From the NCBI RefSeq assembly GCF_004010195.1, contig NC_057718.1:19482104-19546103 (forward strand): DNA of 64,000 nt. The letters are read 5' to 3'. The notes under the pieces are model-generated. The model ran no database searches, was not told the DNA's origin, and saw only the letters and a program-made list of their open reading frames with translations. Shown one piece after another: positions 47,675-59,459 of this stretch (within the stretch, counting starts at the first letter, position 1; each line of letters starts with the position of its first letter). The position numbers were made by a program, and so were the translations under genes. The DNA comes from Chiloscyllium plagiosum (lineage: Eukaryota).

Positions 47675-50475
47675 ATTGTAAGACCATAAGATATAGAAGC
47701 AGAATTAGGTCATTCAGCCCAGAGTCTGTTATGCCATTTGATCATGGCCAATATGTTTCTCAATCACATTTCCTGCCTTCTCCCTGTAACCCTTCATCTC
47801 CTTACTAATCAATAGCTATTTATTTCTGTCTTAAATAGATTCAATGACTTGGCATCCACAGTCTTCTGTGGCAATAAGATCCACAGATTCAGTATCATTT
47901 GAGTGAAAAAGTTCCTCCTTATCCTCAGTTATAAAGAGTTGTCCCTTCACCCTGAGGCTGTGCCCTTGTGTCCTAGTCTTTCCTACTAGTGGAAACATCT
48001 TCTCCATGTCCACTCTATCCAGGCGTCTCAGTAGTCTGTAAGTTTCCATCAAATCCCCCTTCATTCTTCCAACTCCATCAAGTTCAGACCCAGAAACCTC
48101 TGCTGCTTCTCATACAACAAGCCCTTAATCTCCGTGGTCATTCTTGTAAACCTCTTCTGGTCCCCATCCAAGGCCAATATCTTCTTTATTAGATACGGGA
48201 CCCAAAACTGCTCACAACATATCCCAAAAGTGGTCTGACCAGACCCTTATAGAGCCTCAACTGTACAATGCTGCTCTTGGGTTCTAGCCCTCTTGAAATG
48301 AATGTTAACATCACATTTCCCTTCCTAACAGCCATCTGAACCTCCGTGTTAACCTTAAGAGAACCCCTGAACTAGGACTCCCAACTCCCTTTGCGATCTC
48401 GATTTCCAAAGAATTTCCTCATTTAGAAAATAGTCTGAGCCTATATTCTTCTTACCACGGTGCATAACCTCACACTTTCCCACATTGAATTCCACCTGCC
48501 ACTTCTTTGTTCACTCTGCTAGCCTGATCAAGACCTTCTGCTGCCTCCCACCTCCTCGTCACTCTTGTCCCTCTACCTACCTTTGTGGTATCTGTAAACT
48601 AAGCATCAATGCCTTCACTTCCTTAATCCAAATCATTAATGTACAATGTGAATAGTTGTGGTCCCAACACTGACCCTTGCAGAACTCCACTAGTTACTTG
48701 CTGCCATCCTGGTAAAGATCTCTTTACTTCTGGCTGAATAACGTCCTCCTCATCTGAATTCTAAAGGGTCGCCCCTTCATCCTGAAGCTTTTTCTTTTGT
48801 TTTTATGTGGTCACTGATGTCCCTAGTCAGCCATGTTTGCCTCGTGCTCCCCTTAGTATCTTTCTTCTTCCTTGGGATGAATTTCTGCCGTGCCTCCCAA
48901 ATTACCACCAGAAACTCCTGCCATTGCTGATCTACCATCTTTCCTGCTGGACTCTCCTCTAATCAAATCTGGCCAACTCTTCCTTTATAGTTTTTGTAGT
49001 TACCTTCACTCAATTCTAATACCATTACATGTGACTCCAACTGCTCTTTCTCAAACTGCAGGGTGAATTCTATCACATTATCATCACTGCCCCCTCGAGG
49101 TCCCTTCACTTTAAGCTCCCTGATTCAGTCTGCCTCATTACACGTTACCAAATCCAGAATTGTCTGCTCCTTAGTGGTTTCTATCACAGGCTGCTCCAAG
49201 AAAACCATCCCATAGACATTGCATGAATTCCTTTTCTTGGGATCCACCCCAAACCTGATTTTCCAAGTCCACCTGCATATTGAAGTCCCCCACGATTATT
49301 AATAGTGCCTTTCTGACATGCTTTTGCTATCTCCAGATTTATTTTCTTTCCCACATTCTGACTGATGCGAGGAGGCCTGTACGTAACTCCCATCAGGGCC
49401 CTTTTTCCTTTGCAGCTCCTCACCTCCAACCATATAGATTCTATGCCTTCCAACCCTATATCACTTCTTGCTATTGATTTAATTTCATTTCTTACTCACA
49501 AGGCAACCACAGCCCATCTGACCCATCTACCTGCCCTTTTGTAAGAATGTGTATCAATGGATATTTAATTCCTAGCCCTGCTCCCCTCGTATCTCTGTGA
49601 TATCCACAACACCATACCTGTCAATCGCAATCTGCCCTTCAAGCTCATTGACCCTATGTTGTATACAGCATTTAAGCACAACAGCCTCAGTCCTGTGCTG
49701 ACTCCCCTCCTTCTCATTGTTCTCCCTTTAACTGCTGTACCTGAAGTTAGGATCCTGACCCTTTAACTGCTCTCAGTCTTATTACTTGCTTTTGAAACTT
49801 TATTAACCGCCCAGAGCCCTTTCCACCTTTAACTTTTTCCATACTTTCCATGCATTCCCCCGCCTCCCCTGCCCACCATTTAGTTTAAAGCCCGATCCAC
49901 AGCCCTAGTTATGTAGTTCACCAGGACTCTGGTCACAGCAATGAATTCAGGTGAAACCTGTCCCATCAGAACAGCTCCCTCCTTCCCCTGGGCTGATGCC
50001 AATGTCCCATGAATTGGAACCTGTTTCTCCCACACCATACTTGAGCTACACGTTTATCTCTTTAATCTTGTTGACCCCCTGCCAATTTGTTTGTGGCTCA
50101 AGTAGCAATCTGGAGATTGTTACCTTTTTGATGCTGTTTGTTAATTTAGTCCCTAGCTGCTTACACTCCCTCAGAAGGACTTCTTACCTCTTTCTACCTA
50201 TGTCATTGGCACCTACATAGACCACAACAACTGGATCGTTCCCCTCCCATGCCAAGTTCCTCTGCAGCCCAGAGGTAATCTGAATCCAGTCACCAGTCTT
50301 TGGGACTCCAATCCTGCCCATGGAGAACAGTGTCTATTCCCCTGACTATACTATCCTTCATTACAACTTCATTTCTCTCTTCTTCCCCACTTGAATAGCT
50401 CCCTGTACCACTGTGCTATGGTCATTTTTGCTCATCCTCCCTACAGCCCCTACTCTCATCCACACAGGGAACAAA
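47675..50475 (-). mobile_element. Long decayed CR1 LINE (ORF1 remnant, endonuclease, RT C-terminus, 3' end) with an internal deletion near 48720-48800
   Basis: It has the endonuclease motif ESIWLEVRSCKGKRALMGVTYRPP (ORF 49184-49453), the C-terminal KGDLMETYRLLRRLDRVD...RTQGHSLRV (ORF 47831-48064) and a (cataagat)-type tail at 47675. It contains many stops and frameshifts. Confidence 0.88.
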
Positions 50476-50489
50476 CTTTTTTTTCATAG

Positions 50490-53485
50490 CAGAGAGCGCA
50501 GGAGCTGGGGAGAAGTGAAGTCGGAGCAGGGAGGCTGTTGGGAAAGCAAGTGATTGCTATTTAAGTAGGTGTGTTAAGAAGGACTCTCCTGTGCTGTTAA
50601 GGTAAGGCTTTTTAATTAATATGTCTTGTGTATCATGTGATTGATTAGAAGTTTAATTGGTTATTTGAATAAGACCCCAGCAGAGAGGTACTGGAAATTA
50701 TTTAATACATAAATTGTAAAAGTGAATTAAGTAAGTAAAGATAGCTGAACAGGTGATGTGCTGTAGCTGTATGATGTGGGAGCTGGCTGATCACATTGTG
50801 AAGGGCAGTGACCACATCTGTAGCAAGTGTTGGTTGCTGGAAGAACTCTGGATAAGTGTTGATGATCTGGAATCTGAGCTTCAAGCTCCACGGCACATCT
50901 GGGAGGGGGAGAGTTACCTAGACACTTGAAGTACAGGTTCTCAAGAGTCACTATCTCCAGATTATTACCCAAGCCTCGTGCCAATTGGCATAGGGATAAG
51001 AAAATTAGGGAAGTAAACAAGTGGTTAAGGGATTGGTGGGGGAAAGAGGGAATCCATTTCATGGGGCATTGGCATCAGTTTTGGAAACGGGGGCATCTGT
51101 ACTGATGAGACGGTCTCCACCTGAACCGATCTGGAACCAGTGTTCTCGCGAAAAGGATAAATCAGGTGGTCAGTAGGACTTGAAATTTGTGAGTGGGGGA
51201 AGGGAAAGTTAAAGCGACAGGGAGCATGGAGTTAAATGGAAAGATAAACAGCAGGATAGCATGTGTGCAGGTGGGTTTAACCTTGAGGCAGACTAGGAAT
51301 GCAGCAAAAATGAAGGATAACTTCGGACATCTTATGATTTCCAATATCTCTAATAATGATAAGACAGTTAGCATTAAGGTACTTTACCTGAATGCTCATA
51401 GTATTCGTAACAAAGTAGATGAATTAACAGCACAAATCATCATGAATGATTATGATGTGGTAGGCATCACAGAGACATGGTTGCAGGGGATTCAGGACTG
51501 GCAGTGAAACATCCAAGGACTTACAACTTATTGAAAAGACAGAGAGGTGGAGAGGGGGGTGGGGTTGCCTTGTTAGTTAAGAATGAAATTAAATCAATGA
51601 CTCTGAATGACATAGGGTCAGAGGATGTGGAGTTTGTGTGGGGGGAATTGAGGAGCCACAAAGGTAAAAAAACCATAATAGGAGTTATGTACACACCTCC
51701 TAACAGTGGTCAGGATCAGGGGCGCAAGATATACCAGGAAATAGATAGGGCATGTCAGAAAGGCAAGGTCAGGGTGATGATGGGGAACTTCAATATGCAA
51801 GTGGACTGGGTGAATAATGTTGCTGATGGATCCAAAGAAAGGGAATTCATGGAATGTTTACAGGATGGCTTTTTGGAACAGCTTGTGATGTAGCCCACAA
51901 GGGAGCAGGCTATTCTGGACTTAGTGCTATGTAATGAAGCAGACTTTATAAAAGATCTTAAAGTAAGGGAACACTTAGGAGGCAGCAATCATAATATGGT
52001 AGAGTTCAAACTACAGTTTGAAAGGGAGAAACCAAAATCTGATGTAATGGTGTTACAGTTAAATAAAGGTAATTACAGGGGCATGAGAGAGGAACTGACG
52101 AAAATCGACTGGAAGCAGAGCTTAGTGGGGAAGACAGTAGAGTAACAATGGCAGTAGTTTCTGGGTGTAATTGAGGACACAGTAGAGATTCATCCCAAAG
52201 AAAAGAAAGATTATCCAGGGTGGGGGGGAGGGATTGGGAAGGCTACAAAAACAAACAGAGGACAACAAAGAGAGAAATAAGGAAGGAGGGGATCAAATAT
52301 GAAGGTAGGCTAGCCAGTAATATTAGAAATGATAATAAAAGTTTCTTTCAATACATTAAGAAACAAAGCAGGGGCAAAAGTAGACATTGGGCCACTCCAA
52401 ATTGATACAGGAAGGCTAGTGATGGGATATAAGGAAATAGCTGAAGAATGTATTAAATACTTTGCATCAGTCTTCACAGTGGAAGACATGAGTAATATCC
52501 CAACAATTAACGAGAATCAGGGGGCAGAGTTGAGTATGGTAGCCATTACAAAAGAGAAAGTGCTAGAAAAGCTAAAAGGACTAAAAATTGATAAATTTCC
52601 TGGCCCTGATGGGCTATATCCTAGAGTTCTAAGGGACGTGGCTGAGGAAATAGTGGAGACATTGATTGTGATCTTTCAAAAGTCACTGGTGTCAGGGAAA
52701 GTCCCAAATGATTGGAAAATCGCTGTTGTAACCCCCTTGTTCAAGTAAGGCTCAAGACAAAAGATGAAAAATTATAGGCCGATTAGCCTAACCTTGGTTG
52801 TTGGTAAGATTCCAGAATCCATCGTTAAGGATGAGATTTCTAAATTCTTGGAAGTGCAGGGTCAGATTAGAACAAGTCAGCATGGATTTGGTAAGGGGAG
52901 ATCATGCCTGACAAACCTGTTAGAATTCTTTGAAGAGGTAACAAGTAAGTTAGACCAGGGAAACCCAATGGATATTATCTGTGTAGACTTCCAAAAGGCC
53001 TTTGATAAGGTGCCTCACAGGATGCTGCTGAGTAAGGTGAGGACCCATGGTGTTCGAGGTGAGCTACTGGCATGGATTGAGGATTGGGTGTCTGTGAAGG
53101 CAGAGAGTTGGGATAAAAGGTTCTTTTCTCGAATGGTAGCCGGTGATAAGTGGTGTCCCGCAGGGTTCCGTGTTGGGGCCGTAGCTATTCACTTTATATA
53201 TTAATGATCTGGATGAAGGGACTGGGGGCATTCTGGCGAAGTTTGCCGATGATACGAAGTTAGGTGGACAGACAGGTAGTACGTAGCAGGTGGGGAGGCT
53301 GCAGAAAGATTTAGACAGTTTAGGAGAGTGGTCCAGGAAATGGCTGATGAAATTCAACGTGAGCAAGTACGAAGTTTTTGCACTTTGGAAAAAAGAATAC
53401 AGACATGGATTATTTTCTAAACGGTGAGAAAATTCATAAAGCCAAAGCCAAAGGAATCTGGGAGTGCTATGCAGGATCTTCTAAA
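50490..53485 (+). mobile_element. Long decayed CR1 LINE: 5' UTR, ORF1 (zinc finger, zipper, esterase remnant), ORF2 endonuclease and RT; 3' end missing
   Basis: ORF1 shows CCSCMMWEL...HICSKCWLLEEL (~50760) and DGLHLNRSG (~51110). ORF2 shows YLNAHSIRNK...DVVGITETW, GVMYTPP, GNFN, PGPDGLYPRVL, NYRPISLT, QHGF, DFQKAFDKVPH and KFADDTKL. It is broken by stops and frameshifts. Confidence 0.95.
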
Positions 53486-53486
53486 G

Positions 53487-53760
53487 GTGAACTTGCACTT
53501 GCTACAGATGTGGTCACTATGAACCACAATGAGATCCACCAGCTCCTAGCGAATGCAGTTACAACACACTGCCTGGCCCTACATCTCTACTTTAATTACT
53601 TTAATTGTTTTTTTTAAATTTGCTACTGGTCTTTTAGTTTGTCATCTGTAGATGTTTCTCCTTCTTACCTTCAATCTGGAAGTAATCTATCATGGTCAAA
53701 TTAGTAGATATTGCCAACCAATGACCATACAGCTTACCTGTGATGTCACAACTTCGTGTT
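53487..53760 (-). mobile_element. CR1 5'/ORF1-start fragment in opposite orientation
   Basis: The sequence cacttgctacagatgtggtcact...cacaatg...ccagctcc is the reverse complement of the ORF1 zinc-finger segment at about 50775-50830. Confidence 0.7.
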
Positions 53761-56676
53761 GGGCTTCAATTGATCCTGTTAAGAAAATCCCTTCCAACAC
53801 CGGCATCTCCAAATCATGACCCTTACAAACTATGAGCCAAGAAAGCAAGCAAAACGCGCCTCTTTCCTTCTGTATTAAATTCCCATGCTGTCTTCAAAGT
53901 TACTGAGTTACATATTCACTCACACTCCAGATGTGAAAACTCCTACCTGACTATGTGAGGCTTACTGCCTAGGGAAACCCAGCTCTTTCTAGATTTCTCT
54001 GTGGGTTTGAAAGGGGATTTAGGCCTTTTCTACTTGAGCAGCCGTACTGCTGTTTCAGACAAGTGTTGGCATACTTTGGCAGCTGTGTGTGACAATATGA
54101 TATCTCTGTATGCCAATAACAGAGGTCAATGGTGCACTCTGACTTTAGTTCCTGTTGTGTTCACTTCATAACAGGAGTGTAGAGAATCAGGTTGCACCCC
54201 ATTGCCTTTCTGTGCTCATCAATGAGAGCAATACCACTCTTTCATTTTCATTGCATTTCACCACAAGGGGCTAAATGACCTATTCCCCTTTCAAGGACTG
54301 TGTTGCATGTATGATCCTAACAGGCTGGAACTGTAAACACAGACAGCACTGAGTCAATGTTCACACTTGCATTCCATTTCTTTTTTGAAAGAAAGCTGTT
54401 GATAGTTAAACTTCAACAAACCTCTAGTTATTCCACAAATGTTAATTGTGTGATTTGATTCATCCACCCACTATTCCTGGAATTCACCTCCACGTGCTGT
54501 TACCAACATCAACTTTCACATTTGGTCCTTTCCTTAAAATGATCGATTTTATTTTGAGATTAACGTAGCAGTGGTAGTTTGCGAGCAAGTGTAAACAAAC
54601 GTCTTATAGAAGCAAGAGAGAGAAGTGCCAATTGAAAACTGTTGAAACTACTCTCATTTAACTTATCCAAGCAAAGGTTTGTCTTATCAAACAACTGGAT
54701 CATCACTCATCCCTGAGCACAAGTAATGTCCGCATTTCTGACTTTTTGAGCTTGTATAGGCTTGTAGTCTAAAAGCTCAAGTCTTAGGTCTGACCTGAAA
54801 ATGGTGCCAAAATTCCCTCATACAGATAGTGATGTGAAATTCCAGCATCTCCAACCAACCATACATTATTCCCTATCAAGGGGTTGCCTCCCAGTCACAC
54901 AATAATCTTTTGTGTTCCATGCAATTATCTCATCTATAATTACCCTTATAACCAACAGCCCTGCTCGTGCCTAGATCTTAATCCAGTGCTGTCCAACACA
55001 GCATGAACAGCTTTCATTGACAACACCCAGGCAATATTGCTTGCTGACAATTCATTTCAGTAATTTTGATTCTGTTAGTGGTCAATTTTCTACCAGCTCA
55101 ACAGACAAGATTCCCGAGGGATTGGGCAAAATGCCATTCAAACACCTTGCCCACATTTTTACACTGCACTGATTTTGGAGGAGAGCAAAATGTAACGGCC
55201 AGTGAAACGAGCCTTCCATTTAATCCCATTTGTTTCTTGTGCAGGCAGTTAAAATTGACCCCAATTTCCTTCCTATTTCTTCCCATCTTTTTCATCACTT
55301 CTTGATGGCTCTTCCTCCAACAGGGAAAGGGCAAACCCGAATCAGCCTAGCAGATTATAGAATGTGAAGGTGGTACTACAGAGAACAGGGTAAAGGATAA
55401 GAAAGGATCTACACACTCTAACACCGCCAAAATCACTGGATCAGCTAGAGACCCCATGACTGTGCTAACATTATTTCATTATGTCACTGATGCGACAGGA
55501 CGATTGGAATAATTATCACATTGAGCAAATTAATGCCGAGAGGTTTAATTGCAGTCCTGTCATGCATAATAGCAGAGGATAACCATGGAAAAGGAAACTG
55601 CTTCTCATCAAACATGGACATAAAAGGAATGGTTATGTATGCCTGATTTCTCCACAATTTGTTCAGCGCTTACTGACGGAATTCCCTAACCAGCAATAAA
55701 CATACAAGTGCGCTTCAAATCATGCTGTATTTGGCACATTTTATATTTACAGATTGTAATTAACTGGCCTCCTAAAAGAGCCAGGGACACTTTATTTACA
55801 GATACAGCTATACAGATAAACAGTTAACTCATTAGCATGTGAAGGGGGGTTAGTGCAGAACTGCACACAAAATATTCTTCCCTTCTTATATCCCAAATTC
55901 ATTGAGTGTAACTATCAAGAAGACTTTGGCCTTTTGTATCTCCCTCCTCACTTCGTAGAGTCAATAGCGTCAAAATCTAACTTAATTCCACAAAGCATGG
56001 CAGTCCCTCAGAAATAACTGAATGAGAGATAGCTCAGAGGAGATTCACTCCACTGATATCTGGGATGGGTGTGTTATCAAATGAGGAAAGGTTAGTCCTA
56101 GATCCACTGGAGTTTACAAGTTTGAGAGATGATCTCAGTGAAACATGAAAGATCCTGAGGGAACTTGACAAAGTGGACACTGAGTGGATGTTCCCTTCTT
56201 ATGGGAGAGACCAGAACCAAATGTGAAGGTACTTTGGCTTTAAGAAGTGTACTTTGTACTGGTTTTAGAGGTTTTAATACAGAGACACAAAGTTGTCTAT
56301 TTGAATCCAATAAAGTAAACAGCTTGTGAGACCTTGTAGTTTTCTCTAAAGTTGAAACAGTAGAAGCAGCCTGAATAGGTGGCATCAAGACCCTCCCCCC
56401 TCCCCCACCAAAAGCCAACGTTTTTAGTTATAGTTTTTCAGTAGCAGTTGGTAGGGTCTTGAAGCTGGATGTGGAAGCTATTTTTCCTCTCTCTATTATA
56501 GGTAAAACCTGGGGGGTTATCTTCCTGCTGCTCGAATTGCATGACAGAGAATCAATTTTACTGAATTTGTCTTTGTCTTGGCTGTGTTTATCTGATGTTA
56601 CTATATTGGAATAGTTACTGTTTAGTAGTTAAACAACCTATTATTCTGTTAAGTTTTCCAATACAGTTAGGTTAAA

Positions 56677-57231
56677 GTCATAGAGGCATAGAGGTCTGCA
56701 GTATGGAAACAGACCCTTCGGCCCAACTTGTCCATGCCACCCAGTTTTCACAATTTAAACTAGTCCCACGTGCCTGCACATGCCCCACATCCCTCATACC
56801 TACCCTATCCATATACCTGTCCAAATGTTCCTTAATTTACAAAATTGTACTTGCTTCCACCACTACCTCTGAAAGCCTGTTCCAGACACTCACCACCCTC
56901 TGTGTGAAAAAATTACCCCTCTGGACCCTTTTGCATCTTTCCCCTCTCACCTTAAACCTATACCCTCCAATTTTAGACTCCCTTACCATGGAGAAAAAGC
57001 TGTCTACTTTATCTCTGCCTCTCATGGTTTTACAGAACTCTATAAGGTCACCCCTCAGTCTCCTACGCTTCAGGGAAAAAAGTCCCAGCCTATCCAACCT
57101 CTTTTTTATAGTTCAAACCTTCCAGTTCAAGTAGCATCCTAGTAAATCTTTTCTGCACTCTTTCTAGTTTAATAATATCCTTTCTGTAATAGGGCGACCA
57201 GAACTGCGCACAGTACTCTAAATGTGGTCTT
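56677..57231 (-). mobile_element. CR1 LINE 3' portion
   Basis: It encodes DRLGLFSLKRRRLRGDLIEFCK...FFTQRVVSVWNRL (ORF 56837-57097) and has a gtcatagagg tail. Confidence 0.92.
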
Positions 57232-57387
57232 CGAGGAGACAACACGGACATTTACTATAAACCGACCGACTCCTACAGTTACCTAGACTACACCTCCTCC
57301 CACCCTGTCCCCTGTAAAAACGCCATCCCATATTCCCAATTCCTTCGTCTCCGCCGCATCTGCTCCCAGGAGGACCAGTTCCAATAC

Positions 57388-58054
57388 NNNNNNNNNNNNN
57401 NNNNNNNNNNNNNNNNNNNNNNNNNNNNNNNNNNNNNNNNNNNNNNNNNNNNNNNNNNNNNNNNNNNNNNNNNNNNNNNNNNNNNNNNNNNNNNNNNNNN
57501 NNNNNNNNNNNNNNNNNNNNNNNNNNNNNNNNNNNNNNNNNNNNNNNNNNNNNNNNNNNNNNNNNNNNNNNNNNNNNNNNNNNNNNNNNNNNNNNNNNNN
57601 NNNNNNNNNNNNNNNNNNNNNNNNNNNNNNNNNNNNNNNNNNNNNNNNNNNNNNNNNNNNNNNNNNNNNNNNNNNNNNNNNNNNNNNNNNNNNNNNNNNN
57701 NNNNNNNNNNNNNNNNNNNNNNNNNNNNNNNNNNNNNNNNNNNNNNNNNNNNNNNNNNNNNNNNNNNNNNNNNNNNNNNNNNNNNNNNNNNNNNNNNNNN
57801 NNNNNNNNNNNNNNNNNNNNNNNNNNNNNNNNNNNNNNNNNNNNNNNNNNNNNNNNNNNNNNNNNNNNNNNNNNNNNNNNNNNNNNNNNNNNNNNNNNNN
57901 NNNNNNNNNNNNNNNNNNNNNNNNNNNNNNNNNNNNNNNNNNNNNNNNNNNNNNNNNNNNNNNNNNNNNNNNNNNNNNNNNNNNNNNNNNNNNNNNNNNN
58001 NNNNNNNNNNNNNNNNNNNNNNNNNNNNNNNNNNNNNNNNNNNNNNNNNNNNNN
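57388..58054. other. Assembly gap (667 N)
   Basis: Run of N visible directly. Confidence 1.
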
Positions 58055-58136
58055 TCCACCTATCACATTTCCAACGCCCCTCCCCCAAGTCCCTCCTCCC
58101 TACCTTTTATCTTAGCCTGCTGGACACACTTTCCTC

Positions 58137-58172
58137 ATTCCTGAAGAAGGGTTTATGTCCGAAACGTCGATT
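58137..58172 (+). ncRNA. Minimal type I hammerhead ribozyme motif (core intact)
   Basis: It reads AUUC-CUGAAGA-A-GGGU-UUAU-GUCC-GAAA-CG-UC-GAUU. Stem II is kept with two G-U wobbles. Confidence 0.55.
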
Positions 58173-58576
58173 CTCCTGTTCCTTGGATGCTGCCTGACCT
58201 GCTGTGCTTTTCCAGCAACACATTTTCAGTACTAAATGTGGTCTTTCCAAGTTATTCCAATTTCTTCTCTCTAACGTTTAAATAAAGTGTGTTTTGCTTC
58301 AAGACTGATAACTTGACCAATTGAACTGCATCCAGAACCCAACTCCTGGCATTTGGTTTAAAATAAGAGAACCTTAGGGTCTACATTATCTTCTTCATAT
58401 ATTTTAAGAGTATTTAGTCTGGTCCATAACACAATGTAAGAATAAAGGAGGTAAAGAATTAAAATAGAGATGAAGAGATTTTTTTCTGTCACAGAATATC
58501 ATTAAAATGTGAAATTCTCTTCCCTGCAGGCTGGATCACTGAATAGTTTCTAGGTTGAGTCAGAAAGATTCTTAAA

Positions 58577-59200
58577 GTCATAGAGTCATAGAGATGTACA
58601 GCATGGAAACAGACCCTTCGGTCCAATTCGTCCTTGCTGACCAGACATCCCAACCCAATCTAGTCCCACCTGCCAGCGCCTGGCCCATATCCCTCCAAAC
58701 CATTCCTATTCATATACCCATCCAGATGCCTTTTAAATGTTGCAATTGTACCAGCCTCGACCATAATGCAGCACCTCACATTTATCTGAATTAAATTCCA
58801 TCTGCCACTTCTCAGCCCACTGGCCCATCTGATCAAGATCCCGTTGTAATCTGAGATAGCCTTCTTCACTGTCCATTACACTTCCAATTTTGATATCATC
58901 TGCAAACTTACTAACTACACCCCCTACCTTCACATCCAAATCATTTATATAAATGATGACAAGTAGTGGACCCAGCACCAATTCTTGTGGCACTCCACTG
59001 GTCACAGGCCTCCAGTCTGAAAAACAACCCTCCACCACCACCCTCTGACTTCTACCTTTGAGCCAGTTCTGGATCCACATGGCTAGTTCTCCCTGTATTG
59101 CGTGAGATCCAACCTTGCTAACCAGTCTCCCATGGGGAACCTTGTCGAACGCCTTACTGAAGTCTACATAGATCATGTCCACCGCTCTGCCTTCTTCAAT
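58577..59200 (-). mobile_element. CR1 LINE with the RT core fused to the 3' end by an internal deletion
   Basis: ORF 58733-59182 has DFSKAFDKVPH, SGVPQ, YINDL, KFADD and KCEVLH, then jumps at about 58763 to the terminal EAGTIATFKRHLD segment and a (tagagtca)n tail. Confidence 0.92.
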
Positions 59201-59459
59201 ACGCTTTGTTGATCGAGAAGAGAGTCAAGGGCATAGACAAGTAGATAGAAAGTAGAGGAAAAGTCACAAGCAGACCAGCCATGGTCTTATCAAATGCCAC
59301 AGCAGGTTTGAGGAGCCAATTAACCTCCTGCTGCTTCTAAAGGATGGGCTATCAAACCCAAACCCCTGAAGGATGAGCTTCTCAAACTAAAACCATGAAA
59401 GAGCAGGAAGCCTGGCTGATATTTCACAACTGCAGTGATCCCAAATGCTGCCTCAACAG

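Larger units (their letters stand above)
57232..58231 (+). mobile_element. Penelope-like element (RT thumb fragment, gap, 3' region with hammerhead) with a 14-bp TSD
   Basis: 57241-57387 translates NTDIYYKPTDSYSYLDYTSSHPVPCKNAIPYSQFLRLRRICSQEDQFQY, a PLE RT C-terminal signature. 58055-58231 is nearly identical to 31995-32173. The direct repeat ctaaatgtggtctt lies at 57218-57231 and 58232-58245. Confidence 0.9.
56222..58430 (+). mobile_element. Possible solo LTR (56222-56676 and 58246-58430), itself interrupted
   Basis: This non-CR1 insert starts TG and ends CA, has AATAAA near 58281, and is flanked by caaa and caat (imperfect 4-bp TSD). Confidence 0.4.
55980..59335 (+). mobile_element. Old CR1 3' portion split into three pieces (55980-56220, 58431-58575, 59207-59335) by nested insertions
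   Basis: The pieces are collinear with a CR1 3' end: ...gagaccagaacca | taagaataaaggag...agattctt | gatcgagaagagagtcaaggg...ccagccatggtcttatcaaatg. Confidence 0.7.

Noticed and set aside
51193..53485. Functional reverse transcriptase gene or domesticated RT
   Set aside because: It has multiple stops, frameshifts and deletions, consistent with an ordinary dead CR1 copy.
57218..58088. 258-282 aa ORFs in the ORF track
   Set aside because: They are artefacts of reading through the N gap.
101..58172. Orientation bias of intact hammerheads against the LTBP1 sense strand
   Set aside because: There are too few copies, and core-intact motifs occur on both strands (minus: 4853, 18662; plus: 105, 32083, 58141).
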